A stretch of 64,000 bases of DNA from Candidatus Latescibacterota bacterium (GTDB lineage: Bacteria > Latescibacterota > UBA2968 > UBA8231), in contig OZ242005.1 in NCBI GenBank assembly GCA_965204725.1, positions 2,400,001 through 2,464,000 on the forward strand, read 5' to 3'. Below the pieces are notes generated by a model. It was not told the DNA's origin and searched no databases. It saw only the letters and a program-made list of their open reading frames with translations. This document shows positions 9,508-19,838 of the stretch, in pieces (the first letter of the stretch is position 1; each line of letters starts with the position of its first letter). A program made the translations under genes and the position numbers.

Positions 9508-11718
9508 GTGCAAGTGGATTTTAGTTTGAATTTACGCTCATACCTAATGATAGGGATGTTGCTCTGCGCCTACGGCGCGGTGGGTACAGGGGAAACCAAG
9601 GAATTGATCGTTCTCGGCGGCGAGGAAGGCCGGCCTTGGCAGGACGGTGGCGGCGGTATCGCTCCGGTGATCATCTTAGGTCCCCAAGAAATAACAAACG
9701 AAAACGTACCGGGCGGGATTATCGACTTTTCCGTGCAGGAGGGATGGATTTTTCCCGAAAAGGCCGACCAAACAGACAACATCGCCTTGCAACTGCTAGA
9801 CCGGGGCGGCTCCGTAACCGCGCCCACTGTTCTTACCGATCTGGGAAAAGATCTGTTGAAAATGATCGACAATGATGCCAATTCGGCCTTTGAAAGAAAA
9901 AGTTCCCCCGGTCAAAATGTCCGAGCGTTGGGCGTGGTATTCCAGTTCGATTTGGGGGCGCGCTTCGGCGTGAGTCGCATCCGCTTCTTCCCCAGAAACG
10001 CCGACCCAGACTTTCTCGCCCCTGATTTTCCCTTTCAGGACGATTATATGAGGGCTTATGAGATTTTTCTCAACGACGGTACGCGAGAAACACTCGCGGC
10101 CGGCTTGCCGGTATTTACCAGCGTTCTGCTCGTCCTGCAGAACGATCAGCCGGTGGTCGATGTGCAGATAGAGCCTCAGTACGTGCGCTACATCCAGCTA
10201 AAATCCCAGACTACAGTGGGCTTTGAAATAGGGGAGTTTCAAGTCTTTGGCGAAGGCTTCGTTCCCACAGCAACGTATCATTCGGATGTATTCGATCTGG
10301 GAGAAAATCTGGCCCTTTGGGGGCATCTGCGTTGGGAGGAAGCCAGCCAAGGCGACCCCATCCGCTCCCAAGTGCCCATCAGCACGCGGAGCGGCTTTGA
10401 CGATTCCCCGGTCGTGTTCAATCGCCTCCGCAGCGACCTCGACGGCGCCGAAGTGCCTTGGAAGACGGCCGAGGAGTTCGACGACGGCAGCCAAGCGCGG
10501 GAAATCGTCAGCCAGCTCGACTCACCCGATCTCGATATAAGGCAGGCTCGGCTATTCTACAAAGACCTGCCCCTCAACAGGAGAAATGAAATATCCCTGA
10601 CCCAAGCCGACTACAAAAAACTGCGGTCGGGCAACAAGGGTTCCGTGCGCGACGACCTAGCAAACTGGAGTGCTTGGTCGCCGCCCTATTCGGCCGAGGG
10701 CATAACGAGCGCCGATAACGTGTCGGCTGGGATGGCAGGAGTGCCAATCGTTTCGCCCGCTCCCCGGCGCTACTTTCAGTTCAAGGTGGATTATTTAAGC
10801 GAAGATCTCTTTTCAGCCAAAGGCATTGGTTCCCTGTCCTTCGATTTTTCCAGCCCGGTACTGGCCGCAGAAATCGTGGGCGAGATCACCCCGCGCCAAG
10901 CGGCTCTGGGGCAAACAACCGAGTTTTCCTTGGTGCTCGTTCCCAACATGCGGCCCGGCATCGATCAGGGCTTCCGTTCCCTCGAAATCAGCACCCCGGT
11001 AAAAGTGGACGCCGTACACCGGATTGGGATGACGCTACCGGATGGCTCGCGCCGCGAACAAAGTTTCTCGGCTTCCGACCTGCACGACCTGCCGGCCGAG
11101 CGCGGGGATTTCCGCATTGATTTGGTAGAGGACGACCGCTTCCAAATCAGTTTCCCCAAAGTGGAAACCAGCCGCATAGAAGCGGACCTTATGACTGTCC
11201 TAGACGTGGATTTCGAGTGCGTGGTGCTGCGGACGGGCACCGCCTTTTCCTCCTTGGCCCGGTCCGATACCCCCGGCGAAGTGCCGCAACGAGTGGTGGG
11301 AGGCAATGTCGTTGCCCTGATCCAAGCAGAGGCCGGGGCCAATGCTTCGCTCGTCCGCGACCCGGGCAATCTGGTGGTGCAAGTGGCAAAGAAAGGGGCC
11401 TTGCTAATCAACATCAACGCCGTGCCGTCGGTCTTTACGCCCAACGGGGATCAGATCAACGATACGGCCCAGATCCATTTTGATATAACCGATCTCATCA
11501 GCGGGGCCGATGTTGGGGTGCGGATATACGACTTGTCTGGCAGCATGGTGCGGGAAGTCTATCGGGGGATCGACCAGAGCGGCCGCTTTGCCAAGACGTG
11601 GAACGGCACGGATGGACGCGGAAAGACCGTGCCGCCCGGCCTCTACATTTTCAAAATTGACTTGGACACCGATGGCGGCAAGGCCGAGGCGAGCGGCCTC
11701 CTAGGCGTAGCCTATTGA
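9508..11718 (+). CDS. Large secreted protein, subtype B, with C-terminal FTPNGDG/FlgD-Ig domain (start uncertain: 9490, 9508 or 9547)
   Basis: GGAGG at 9492-96 precedes GTG 9508. Motifs 'DLGARFGVSRIRFFPRN', 'FTPNGDQIND...WNGTDGRGKTVPPGLY'; ends LGVAY. Confidence 0.8.
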   Translation: MQVDFSLNLRSYLMIGMLLCAYGAVGTGETKELIVLGGEEGRPWQDGGGGIAPVIILGPQEITNENVPGGIIDFSVQEGWIFPEKADQTDNIALQLLDRGGSVTAPTVLTDLGKDLLKMIDNDANSAFERKSSPGQNVRALGVVFQFDLGARFGVSRIRFFPRNADPDFLAPDFPFQDDYMRAYEIFLNDGTRETLAAGLPVFTSVLLVLQNDQPVVDVQIEPQYVRYIQLKSQTTVGFEIGEFQVFGEGFVPTATYHSDVFDLGENLALWGHLRWEEASQGDPIRSQVPISTRSGFDDSPVVFNRLRSDLDGAEVPWKTAEEFDDGSQAREIVSQLDSPDLDIRQARLFYKDLPLNRRNEISLTQADYKKLRSGNKGSVRDDLANWSAWSPPYSAEGITSADNVSAGMAGVPIVSPAPRRYFQFKVDYLSEDLFSAKGIGSLSFDFSSPVLAAEIVGEITPRQAALGQTTEFSLVLVPNMRPGIDQGFRSLEISTPVKVDAVHRIGMTLPDGSRREQSFSASDLHDLPAERGDFRIDLVEDDRFQISFPKVETSRIEADLMTVLDVDFECVVLRTGTAFSSLARSDTPGEVPQRVVGGNVVALIQAEAGANASLVRDPGNLVVQVAKKGALLININAVPSVFTPNGDQINDTAQIHFDITDLISGADVGVRIYDLSGSMVREVYRGIDQSGRFAKTWNGTDGRGKTVPPGLYIFKIDLDTDGGKAEASGLLGVAY

Positions 11719-11777
11719 CGGCTGGACCGAGGTGTGGATTGCTTCTGAGCAGCGCTTGCTAACGAGGGGGATACCTG

Positions 11778-14573
11778 ATGGCAGATGCAGGGTACAGAGG
11801 GTACAGAGGATGGATAGCACTGTGGATGGCCGCGGCTTTGAGCACGACGGCTTTTGCCCAAGAGTACAACAACCGCCTCGGACAACAAAGGGGGGGCAAA
11901 GTAACCTTTGAACCCTTGGGACCCGGGGTGTTTTTCGATGCCCTTGATCCCACTGTGAAACGATGGTACGTCCCCCAAGAACTCTACCGCGATTACCGCT
12001 TCCAGACTTGGGAATACTCCAACTATGCCCGGGAGCCTTACGAGCGCTACGTCAACACCACTCGGGAAGGCGAATACTTCTACGACACATTCGGCAATTT
12101 CGTCAACCGGGGATGGCTCATCTACGACTGGCGTCAGGAAGCCTTGACGCCTTTGGGCAGCTCCATCTATCAGGATTCGAGGTATCTGGGTTGGTTCAAC
12201 CAAGTGTTGATCGCCACCGATTCAAAAGGCGGTGCGCTCTACTCCATAACCACGGGCGATCAGATCCGCACCACGCTCACCCCCATGACCTTTTCCAAGC
12301 CCGCATTCAACGGCATCCAGCTAGACTTTGCAACGGATAAATACGCCGGCACGGTCCTCCTGTCGAGGATCAGCAGCCCGGTCCGGTCGTCGGTCTCCAG
12401 TGCCGATACCCGGACCAACGCCACCAACATGATCGGCGGCCGTGCCCTAGCCCAAGTGGGCGATTTCGTCACCCTCGGCGCGACTTGGGTCAATGCCCAC
12501 AACACCCGTACCACGCTCGGTTCTTTCGACAGCAACCCCACCCGGGGCACCTTGGGCGACGGGCAGGCCAGAGTGCCAATCAACGCCATCGCGCTCGTGC
12601 TCAGCGATGATTCTCCCGCAGACGGGGAGGGAGGAACCGCGCTTTTTTCCCACGATTTAGTCGTGGTGCGCGAAGATTTTCAAAACGGCATCCGCGAAAC
12701 CCTCCGCCTCGCCGACCTGACCAACGATCCAACGCGCTGGCCCGTCATAGAGGGCGGTTTTCGGGAAGAAGGCTTTTTGGCGGCCAACGGCATTCAGCGG
12801 ATCATCCTCAACTACGACTTTAACGATCCGGCCTATATCGGCCCCGACCCGACTGAGATTGTAAAAGTGACCTTTGATCTGGTGCTGGCCAACGACTACA
12901 AAGTCGAGGTGTGGTCCGACCGTCAGACCGGGCAGGACTCCCCCCCTGAAGCCCCTCTGACCCGAGCGACCCTCGACGAGCGGAATCCGGTTTTGCTCGA
13001 GATCGCACGGGCACCCGACAACACCAAGGATGGCTCCAACCGGAGACGGCTAATTTTTGACTACGGCTTACCCACGGCCACGCAGATTTACGGCTTTACC
13101 ATTGAGGCCAAGGATGTCCTAGGATTCAACTTCTACGGCGAGTACGACATCAACCACAAATTCAGGCAGTACCCCAACTTGGCCTTGTTTACCGACGACC
13201 GTTCCTTTGCGGACGCTTCGACCCGAGCGGATGCTTGGATGATGAACCTCTCCTTTCAGGGGCATCCTTGGTTCTTCTTTGGGGAGGCTTTTTCCATGGA
13301 CCATGCCTACTCCACGAGTGCCTTCCTGCTCAACCAAAACGGCGATGTCAACTACGACCAGCCGGCCCAATTTCTCTACGAGTTCGTCGAGGACAACGAC
13401 GATCAGGACCGGCTGCCCGACTGGCAGCGAGGGGGTCAGCCGGGACCCGATTTTTCTATCTTCCCCGGTTGGGACGAAAACAACGATTTCGTCAGCGACT
13501 TCAACCAGAACGACAATCGGACCATCAGCAACCGCATCCCCGATTACGACGAGCCCTTTCTCCGGTACGCGGTGGATCGCCCCGAGTTTCTCTTTGGCAT
13601 TGACTTGAACAACAACGACTGGATCGACCGCTTTGAGAACGACGACGAGCCCGATTTCCCCTACAAGAGAGACCACAGAGGCTACAATGCCTATTCCGGC
13701 GTTCACATCCGCCCGGGCGTTAGGGTGAGTGTGGGGCAAACCCGCGAGGAACTGCTCTCGTCCGAGCGAGAGAATACGACCACTTATGGGCTGGTGACCG
13801 CGGATGAGGATTGGGCCGGCTTAGGGCGCTTGCGAGTATTCAACATGCTGAAAAAAGCCCAAGACGCCATTCCCGATGACCGCCGAGCACCCCAAGCATT
13901 TCTCTCGGCCGGCCTGCCCGTCAAGGTCGCCGATATGCTGCCCGCCCAAGATACTTGGGTGAATTCCCTGTTCATCGGCTTCGACTATACGCGGATTCCG
14001 CGGCTGACCATCCGCAATAAGATCAAATACGACCTGTACGTTCAGCGCAGCGATGATCTCCGGGCTTTGGACCGAAGTCCACTCCGCGATAGATCGTCCT
14101 TTTTCGGGCTGATCAACAAAGTGGATTATACCTACCGATTTGAAGGTCTGAGCATTCAGCCGCGTTTCAAAAGCCAGTACCTGAAGCGCACGCCGTTCCT
14201 GCGCCGCGAGGCAGAGATCGAGGAATGGGATGGGTTCGCGTCGGTGATTCTCAAATTCCCCATGCTGAGGCATTCGAGGATTGAAATGGGCGCGGAGTTT
14301 CGGCAGCTAAGAGAATTGCGGGCCGACGAAGCGGCCTTGGTCCAAGAGCAAGTATTAGGACCGACCGGCGATCTCAACGAGACCAATTTGGCCGTTCAGT
14401 GGTCAACCACGACGGATTACCTAGGGTACGTATTGCTGCTACAGACGGGATTCCGGCTCTCTAGGCGATCCTCAGAAACCATCGAGATGATAGATCTGGA
14501 GGTCGCCAAAAGGTCCACTATCGAGACCGGCACCACGACCTTCATAACCATCTACGCCGGAGTAGAACAGTAG
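11778..14573 (+). CDS. Uncharacterised ~930-aa exported protein, putative outer-membrane beta-barrel with Asp/Asn-rich Ca-binding-like loops
   Basis: Signal peptide (AFA-QEY), alternating beta-strand patterns, 'DNDDQDRLPD', 'DENNDFVSDFNQN', 'DLNNNDWIDRFEND', terminal 'FITIYAG'. Paralog of 14624 and 36243. Confidence 0.65.
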   Translation: MADAGYRGYRGWIALWMAAALSTTAFAQEYNNRLGQQRGGKVTFEPLGPGVFFDALDPTVKRWYVPQELYRDYRFQTWEYSNYAREPYERYVNTTREGEYFYDTFGNFVNRGWLIYDWRQEALTPLGSSIYQDSRYLGWFNQVLIATDSKGGALYSITTGDQIRTTLTPMTFSKPAFNGIQLDFATDKYAGTVLLSRISSPVRSSVSSADTRTNATNMIGGRALAQVGDFVTLGATWVNAHNTRTTLGSFDSNPTRGTLGDGQARVPINAIALVLSDDSPADGEGGTALFSHDLVVVREDFQNGIRETLRLADLTNDPTRWPVIEGGFREEGFLAANGIQRIILNYDFNDPAYIGPDPTEIVKVTFDLVLANDYKVEVWSDRQTGQDSPPEAPLTRATLDERNPVLLEIARAPDNTKDGSNRRRLIFDYGLPTATQIYGFTIEAKDVLGFNFYGEYDINHKFRQYPNLALFTDDRSFADASTRADAWMMNLSFQGHPWFFFGEAFSMDHAYSTSAFLLNQNGDVNYDQPAQFLYEFVEDNDDQDRLPDWQRGGQPGPDFSIFPGWDENNDFVSDFNQNDNRTISNRIPDYDEPFLRYAVDRPEFLFGIDLNNNDWIDRFENDDEPDFPYKRDHRGYNAYSGVHIRPGVRVSVGQTREELLSSERENTTTYGLVTADEDWAGLGRLRVFNMLKKAQDAIPDDRRAPQAFLSAGLPVKVADMLPAQDTWVNSLFIGFDYTRIPRLTIRNKIKYDLYVQRSDDLRALDRSPLRDRSSFFGLINKVDYTYRFEGLSIQPRFKSQYLKRTPFLRREAEIEEWDGFASVILKFPMLRHSRIEMGAEFRQLRELRADEAALVQEQVLGPTGDLNETNLAVQWSTTTDYLGYVLLLQTGFRLSRRSSETIEMIDLEVAKRSTIETGTTTFITIYAGVEQ

Positions 14574-14623
14574 ATGGCCGGCGAGAACTTTGCTTTGTGT
14601 ACTCCGTCCACTAGGAGGGACCC

Positions 14624-17404
14624 ATGCTAAAACGGTCCGGCTCATGGCGCGTTGCGGGGATACTCTGCGCCCTAGCTCTATCGTCCGCTACCGGATGGAC
14701 GGCCCAAGACTATGGGGCTCGCTTGGGGCACCGAGCCAATGGCACCGTGGTGTATCGCTCTGAGGGGCCCAAGACGCTGTTGGGCCATGTAGAGCCTTTG
14801 GTGCGGAAACGGTATCTGCCCCAAGAGCTGTATCAGGAGTACCAGTGGCAGACTTGGCAGTACACGAACTACGCCGGCAATCCCTACCAGCGCTATGTGG
14901 CGCAAAGCCTGTGGGGCGACTATTTCTACGATGTGTACGGAAATTTTCTGACCCGAGGATGGTTGATCTACGACTGGACCGAAGATCATCCGCGCATCTC
15001 CGAGGGCAGCCGGCTGCTGAAAAGGGGCGCGTACGCCGGTTTCTTTCGCTCATTGATCGTAGCGTCCGACCAGAAAGGTCAATACGCTTTTTCCATTTCC
15101 GTTGGCGACGAGTTGGTCACGACCCTGACGCCCATGACCTTTCGCAAGTCTGTGTACAACGGCGCCCAAGTCGATTTCACGTCGGACGCTGTAGAGCTGA
15201 CAGGTATCTTTTCTCGCATCAGCGCACCCGGCTTCATCACCGATCCGAATCCGGCCTCTTTCAACAACTATACCAACCTAATAGGGGGTCGGACCCGAAT
15301 TCAGCTAGGCGATGCCATAACCTTGGGCGGGGTCTTCGTCAATTCCCACAACGGCCGGGGGACCGTGCAGAGCTTTGAAGGCAATCCCTTCAAAGGGGAA
15401 TTGACCTCGCTACAGTTGCAAAACCAGATCGGTACTATTGTCATCCGGCTGAGCGACGACTCGCCGGCCGACAACATCGGCGGGAGCGTCCTGCTCGCCG
15501 ATAATGTGGAAGTGGCAACGACCATCGGCGACCGCGACACCGTGCTAGTCGGCAATGAGATCGGCTTTACCCCCCAGCGACAGGGGGGCACCATCATAGA
15601 AGGCGTCCGCACGGCCAACGGCACGGAACAGATCACGTTGCGGTACGACTTGAACGACCTAGCCGCGATTCTCGACGACCGCGATGCCATCAACAACATT
15701 CGGGACCTCCGCTTCAGACTGGTCCTAGTCAACGACTACCGAATCGAGATCACTTCCGACCAGCAGACCAATTTTGAAGGACAGCCGGTCTTTTTGCTGA
15801 TGGCCCAAGCCGAAGGCAACATTCGGGATGGATCGAATAAGCGCGAAGTGGTTTTCAACTACGGCTTGCCCACCGCTAATCAGCTAATGGGACTCACGCT
15901 CGAGGCGAGGGATTTGCTGGGATTTGACTTTTACACCGAGTTCGATGTGAACCACCAGTACCGAAAATATCCCAACCGCCGGGTCGAGACGCACGAGGCG
16001 CACTCGGGCCTCGTCGGCGACGAAAACGCCAAAGCTTGGATGATGAATCTGTCCAAATCAGTCTCCTCTTGGACCCTGTTTGCCGAGGGGTTCTACATGG
16101 ACGCGGCTTACAATACCAGCCCCTTCATATCGGACGGCAGCGGCCGCATAGATTACGAAGACGAGACCCGGAGCATCTACGACTTCGTCGACGACAACGA
16201 CGATCAAGACAAGAAGCCCGACCAAAAGCGGCGCTACCAAGATCCGCGGACTGGCGAGGAATTCCGCGCCGCTGGCACCGACCGATCGGCCGAGGGCTTC
16301 GCCGACGAGGCCGTGTTCCCCGGCTGGGACCAGAACAACGATTTCATCTCCGACTTCAACCAAAACAGCAACATCTTCAGCGAGAACCGCTTCCCGGACT
16401 ACGAGGAACCCTTCCTGCGCTATGGTTCAGACCGGCCCGAATACCTCTTCGGTATCGATCTCAACAACAACGGCTGGGTTGACCACTTTGAAAACGACAA
16501 CCTGCCCGATTATCCGTACAAGAAGGATCGCCAGGGCTACAACCTGTACCTGCACAATCAGGTAACTCCGCACCTGCAATTCACCGCTGGGCAGGCCCGC
16601 GAGCAACTCCTGTCGGACGACCGCCAAAATCTGACCACGTACGCCTTGGTGAGCTTTGAAAAGGAGTACGCCCGCATCGGGCGGGTGCGCCTCTTCGACC
16701 TATTCAAAAAGGCGGCCGACGACATTCAGGACGATCTCGTTCAATGGGTGCAAACTCCCGGGCTGCCCGGAGCACACCAAGCCATCGACGATCCCCTCTT
16801 CGCCCAAGACACCTATATCAATACTTTTTGGCTGGGCTTGGACCGCCAGACCAATCTCGGGGTCAATTTTTCCAATAAATTCAAGTACGAGACCGTGCGG
16901 CAACGGGAGAGGGAGCAAGGCAACACCCTAGATTTCAAAGACGATACGCGCTTTCTTGGGATTATTAACAAGGCCGACTATCTGTTCCAGTACAAAACTC
17001 TGACGGTGCGCCCCAAGATCAAGAGCGAATTTCTCAAGGACAATACTCCTTATTCTATGGGGGGGGTGCGCCCGGAGCGAGACCAATGGACTGGTTTGCT
17101 CTTTCTGACCTTCAAATTCCCCCTGCTGCGGCGCACGACCCTAGAGACGGGCATCGAACAACTCTTCTTCCGGGATTCGGTGGTTGATGAGGGCGATTTA
17201 GCAGCGGGTGAATTCACCGAGGATTTCAATAGCACGGTCTTGGCTATGCAGCTTTCAAACCGGGGGGAGTACCTAGGCTATGTGCTCACGGCCCAACTCG
17301 GCTATAGCATCCGTAGAATCAGTCGAGAGCGCGTCGAAACAGACGACCGCTCGCAGATGGATAGTACCGTGTTTATGACGATGTACGCCAGCCTAAAAGA
17401 GTGA
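14624..17404 (+). CDS. Uncharacterised ~925-aa exported protein, putative beta-barrel (same family as 11778)
   Basis: AGGAGG RBS. Shared motifs 'YLPQELY', 'TTLTPMTF', 'LSDDSPAD', 'YGLPTANQ', 'FPGWDQNNDFISDFNQN'; ends 'FMTMYASLKE'. Confidence 0.65.
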   Translation: MLKRSGSWRVAGILCALALSSATGWTAQDYGARLGHRANGTVVYRSEGPKTLLGHVEPLVRKRYLPQELYQEYQWQTWQYTNYAGNPYQRYVAQSLWGDYFYDVYGNFLTRGWLIYDWTEDHPRISEGSRLLKRGAYAGFFRSLIVASDQKGQYAFSISVGDELVTTLTPMTFRKSVYNGAQVDFTSDAVELTGIFSRISAPGFITDPNPASFNNYTNLIGGRTRIQLGDAITLGGVFVNSHNGRGTVQSFEGNPFKGELTSLQLQNQIGTIVIRLSDDSPADNIGGSVLLADNVEVATTIGDRDTVLVGNEIGFTPQRQGGTIIEGVRTANGTEQITLRYDLNDLAAILDDRDAINNIRDLRFRLVLVNDYRIEITSDQQTNFEGQPVFLLMAQAEGNIRDGSNKREVVFNYGLPTANQLMGLTLEARDLLGFDFYTEFDVNHQYRKYPNRRVETHEAHSGLVGDENAKAWMMNLSKSVSSWTLFAEGFYMDAAYNTSPFISDGSGRIDYEDETRSIYDFVDDNDDQDKKPDQKRRYQDPRTGEEFRAAGTDRSAEGFADEAVFPGWDQNNDFISDFNQNSNIFSENRFPDYEEPFLRYGSDRPEYLFGIDLNNNGWVDHFENDNLPDYPYKKDRQGYNLYLHNQVTPHLQFTAGQAREQLLSDDRQNLTTYALVSFEKEYARIGRVRLFDLFKKAADDIQDDLVQWVQTPGLPGAHQAIDDPLFAQDTYINTFWLGLDRQTNLGVNFSNKFKYETVRQREREQGNTLDFKDDTRFLGIINKADYLFQYKTLTVRPKIKSEFLKDNTPYSMGGVRPERDQWTGLLFLTFKFPLLRRTTLETGIEQLFFRDSVVDEGDLAAGEFTEDFNSTVLAMQLSNRGEYLGYVLTAQLGYSIRRISRERVETDDRSQMDSTVFMTMYASLKE

Positions 17405-17417
17405 TGCCGGGCGGCAA

Positions 17418-19415
17418 TTACCAGTCGTGTACATTGTGGCCCTGTAGGGGAAACCATATTACATCCACTACGCCCGAGAGTACGACGCCGAGTACATAGC
17501 CCACGCCTAAGCCGTAGAAAAAGGGCTTGCCTTTGCGGTACGCTCTAACCCCGCCGTAGCGCAGCAGTAGCAGCTTAGCTATCCAGACCAAAAACAGGCT
17601 GAACCAATAGATGGAGGTGCCCGAGGTGTGCTGAAAGGCTAGCCCAATGGGATGGAGCGAGAACCAGTGAAAGCGGGCCCGCAACAGCGCGATGCCCCCC
17701 GCCTCAAAAAAGCCCCACCCCCAGACGCCCCACTTGCCCGGATCCCCGACTTTGGGATTTTGGAGCAGATGCACGGTTTCGTCTAAGAGGCCGGTCGCAC
17801 CCATGAGAAAAACAGCCCCTCCTTTGTCGTATGCCATTTCGAGGCTGGCCCACACAGCGGTTAGAAAACCTGTTGCAAAGGCGACCAGCACAGTAGCGGT
17901 CACCAGCCACGGCTGATCCCGCAACGAGAAAATGCGCAGATGGTGCGGGATGGCAGGCCAAGCAGGTAGGCGGATATTGCCGAAAAAGGCATGGCCGGTG
18001 AACATCTTGAAGGCGACCAAATCCTGCGGCGACAGCCGAGCCGAGCCCACCAAATCGACGATGAAGGAACTCCCCTTGGCATTGGGCCAACTGGGCATGA
18101 GGTAGGGGAAACCCGTGGCCGCAATGAGCTTGATGGTGACGAAAAAGGTCGCGACCATCAGGACAAAGGCACCGATGGCCAGCGGTAAACTCGCCCCCAA
18201 GTTGCAAGCCCACGCGATGACGTAGAAGGCCGCTAGGATCAGACCGGCCACGGCCAAGCGGTAGATCCCGACTTGACGCCGATCCCCTTCCCCGGTGCGC
18301 ACCTGTTGCCACACTTCTCGCAAGTGTCGGCGGGCCAAATACACGGACCAGCAGGCCACAAAGACGATGGCCCCCAAGCTCTCCAGCGAGAGAATCGCCT
18401 GCGGCGCCAAAGGCTGGCCCTCCGCCCCAACGACGAGTCCCACCCGGTCCATCAGCCCTATTTTGGCCGTAGCCAGCAGGGCAAAGACCACTAGGCTGCC
18501 GAGAATATCCAGCGGGCACAGATACGTCAAAGCCATGACTAGGGGCAGAACGCGGATGGTTAGACCCGGGAAGGGCTGGGGCAATTCAAGATGGAAGCGC
18601 TTGGTATAGAGTTCAAACAGCGGCAAGCCCGGGGTGAAGTATGCGCCGATGTTGTAGAGTAAGGGCAGCAGGACCACGCCGCAGCCGATCCAGAACAGAC
18701 CCGAGCGGAAGAGGTCGGGCACCCGTCGGGGGCCGTCGAAGCCCCGCGTTAGATCGAGGGGCATCTGCGCCAGCGGGAAGGTGAGTTTTTCGGCTTCCAC
18801 CCACTGGCGCTGAAACAGCACCACCAAGCAAAAGCCGAATACCACCATGCCCAGCGAGGCCCCCATCCACTGGATAATCGCCCCGATCCAGCCATCCCAC
18901 GGCACGGCCGCTCCTTGAGGCAGCCCCATCCAGAAGGCATCTAGCACCCGAGGAGAGGAGTCGGGAAAAACGCGCCAAGGCAAATAGGGAAAGAGCAGGT
19001 CCGACCACTGGTTTTCGGGGGTGGCCAAGTAGAAGGGCGCGCCGATAAGGGCGATCCAGTAGTCGCTCCAGCCCCATTGCGGCAGGACGCCCACTACCCA
19101 GAGCATGGTGAAAATGGTCAGCAGTTCCCCTTGGTTTAGGGCCTGCCGGGGCCACAAGTGTCCGCAGGCGGCGTTGAGAAAAAGCCACAGCACGAAGGGC
19201 ATAAAGGCCACCATGGGGAACTGCGAGCGGACATAGCTCCCCGACCCCGAGGCCTGCCCGACCTCGAGGATGAGGTAGTAGAATACAGCGACAATGGTCA
19301 GCCCCCCCAGAATCAGGGCGCGCCAAGTGATCCGCGGGGACTTGGGGTCCTCTAATGAACGGATGGTACGCCCCTCCCCATTTTCTGTTGGTCGCGTGTA
19401 GAGCATCCTGCGCAA
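17418..19415 (-). CDS. DUF6785/DUF6784-like polytopic membrane protein (OPT-like putative transporter)
   Basis: About 16 TM segments, 'RQWVEAEKLTFPLAQMP', 'WFSLHPIG', 'LRYGGVRAYRKGKPFFYGL'. Start may be the ATG at 19406. Confidence 0.75.
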   Translation of the reverse strand: MRRMLYTRPTENGEGRTIRSLEDPKSPRITWRALILGGLTIVAVFYYLILEVGQASGSGSYVRSQFPMVAFMPFVLWLFLNAACGHLWPRQALNQGELLTIFTMLWVVGVLPQWGWSDYWIALIGAPFYLATPENQWSDLLFPYLPWRVFPDSSPRVLDAFWMGLPQGAAVPWDGWIGAIIQWMGASLGMVVFGFCLVVLFQRQWVEAEKLTFPLAQMPLDLTRGFDGPRRVPDLFRSGLFWIGCGVVLLPLLYNIGAYFTPGLPLFELYTKRFHLELPQPFPGLTIRVLPLVMALTYLCPLDILGSLVVFALLATAKIGLMDRVGLVVGAEGQPLAPQAILSLESLGAIVFVACWSVYLARRHLREVWQQVRTGEGDRRQVGIYRLAVAGLILAAFYVIAWACNLGASLPLAIGAFVLMVATFFVTIKLIAATGFPYLMPSWPNAKGSSFIVDLVGSARLSPQDLVAFKMFTGHAFFGNIRLPAWPAIPHHLRIFSLRDQPWLVTATVLVAFATGFLTAVWASLEMAYDKGGAVFLMGATGLLDETVHLLQNPKVGDPGKWGVWGWGFFEAGGIALLRARFHWFSLHPIGLAFQHTSGTSIYWFSLFLVWIAKLLLLRYGGVRAYRKGKPFFYGLGVGYVLGVVLSGVVDVIWFPLQGHNVHDW

Positions 19416-19448
19416 AAAACCCTTCGCCCCCGACTAAAGGCAGCTTCT

Positions 19449-19838
19449 TTATGGGGTGTGGTCGCTTGCGGCAGGAGCTTGGTAGGCGGTGTATTTGAGG
19501 TTTTTGCCCTTGGCCTTTTCCACCGGATAGCGCTGGGCCGAAATGGCCAACTTCTCCTCCAGCATCTGCGCGGCGTCCAAGCCGAAGCGGTCGCACATAA
19601 GCAGGATAAAGTACAAGGCATCGGCCAACTCGTGGCCAACAGCCCGACGGAAGGATTCGTCGGCTAGGCACTCGGCGATCTCTTGGTCCGAGCGGAAGCG
19701 GAAGTGCTCCAAGACTTCGGCCGCTTCGGTCGAAAGACCAATGGCCAAGTCCTTGGGGGTGTGGAATTGCGCCCAGTCGCGCTCGTGGACGAAGCGGCGG
19801 GCTTGGTCGGTGAGTTGGGTCAGCGTCGCGTCGCTCAT
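19449..19838 (-). CDS. MazG-like nucleotide pyrophosphohydrolase (DCTPP1 type)
   Basis: 'ERDWAQFHTPKDLAIGLSTEAAEVLEHF', 'ELAD', 'RYPVEKAKG'. Confidence 0.9.
   Translation of the reverse strand: MSDATLTQLTDQARRFVHERDWAQFHTPKDLAIGLSTEAAEVLEHFRFRSDQEIAECLADESFRRAVGHELADALYFILLMCDRFGLDAAQMLEEKLAISAQRYPVEKAKGKNLKYTAYQAPAASDHTP

Noticed and set aside
4957-11718. FlgD-domain proteins as flagellar hook-capping genes
   Set aside because: Only the C-terminal Ig-like tail resembles FlgD; the proteins have Sec signal peptides and there are no flagellar genes in the window.
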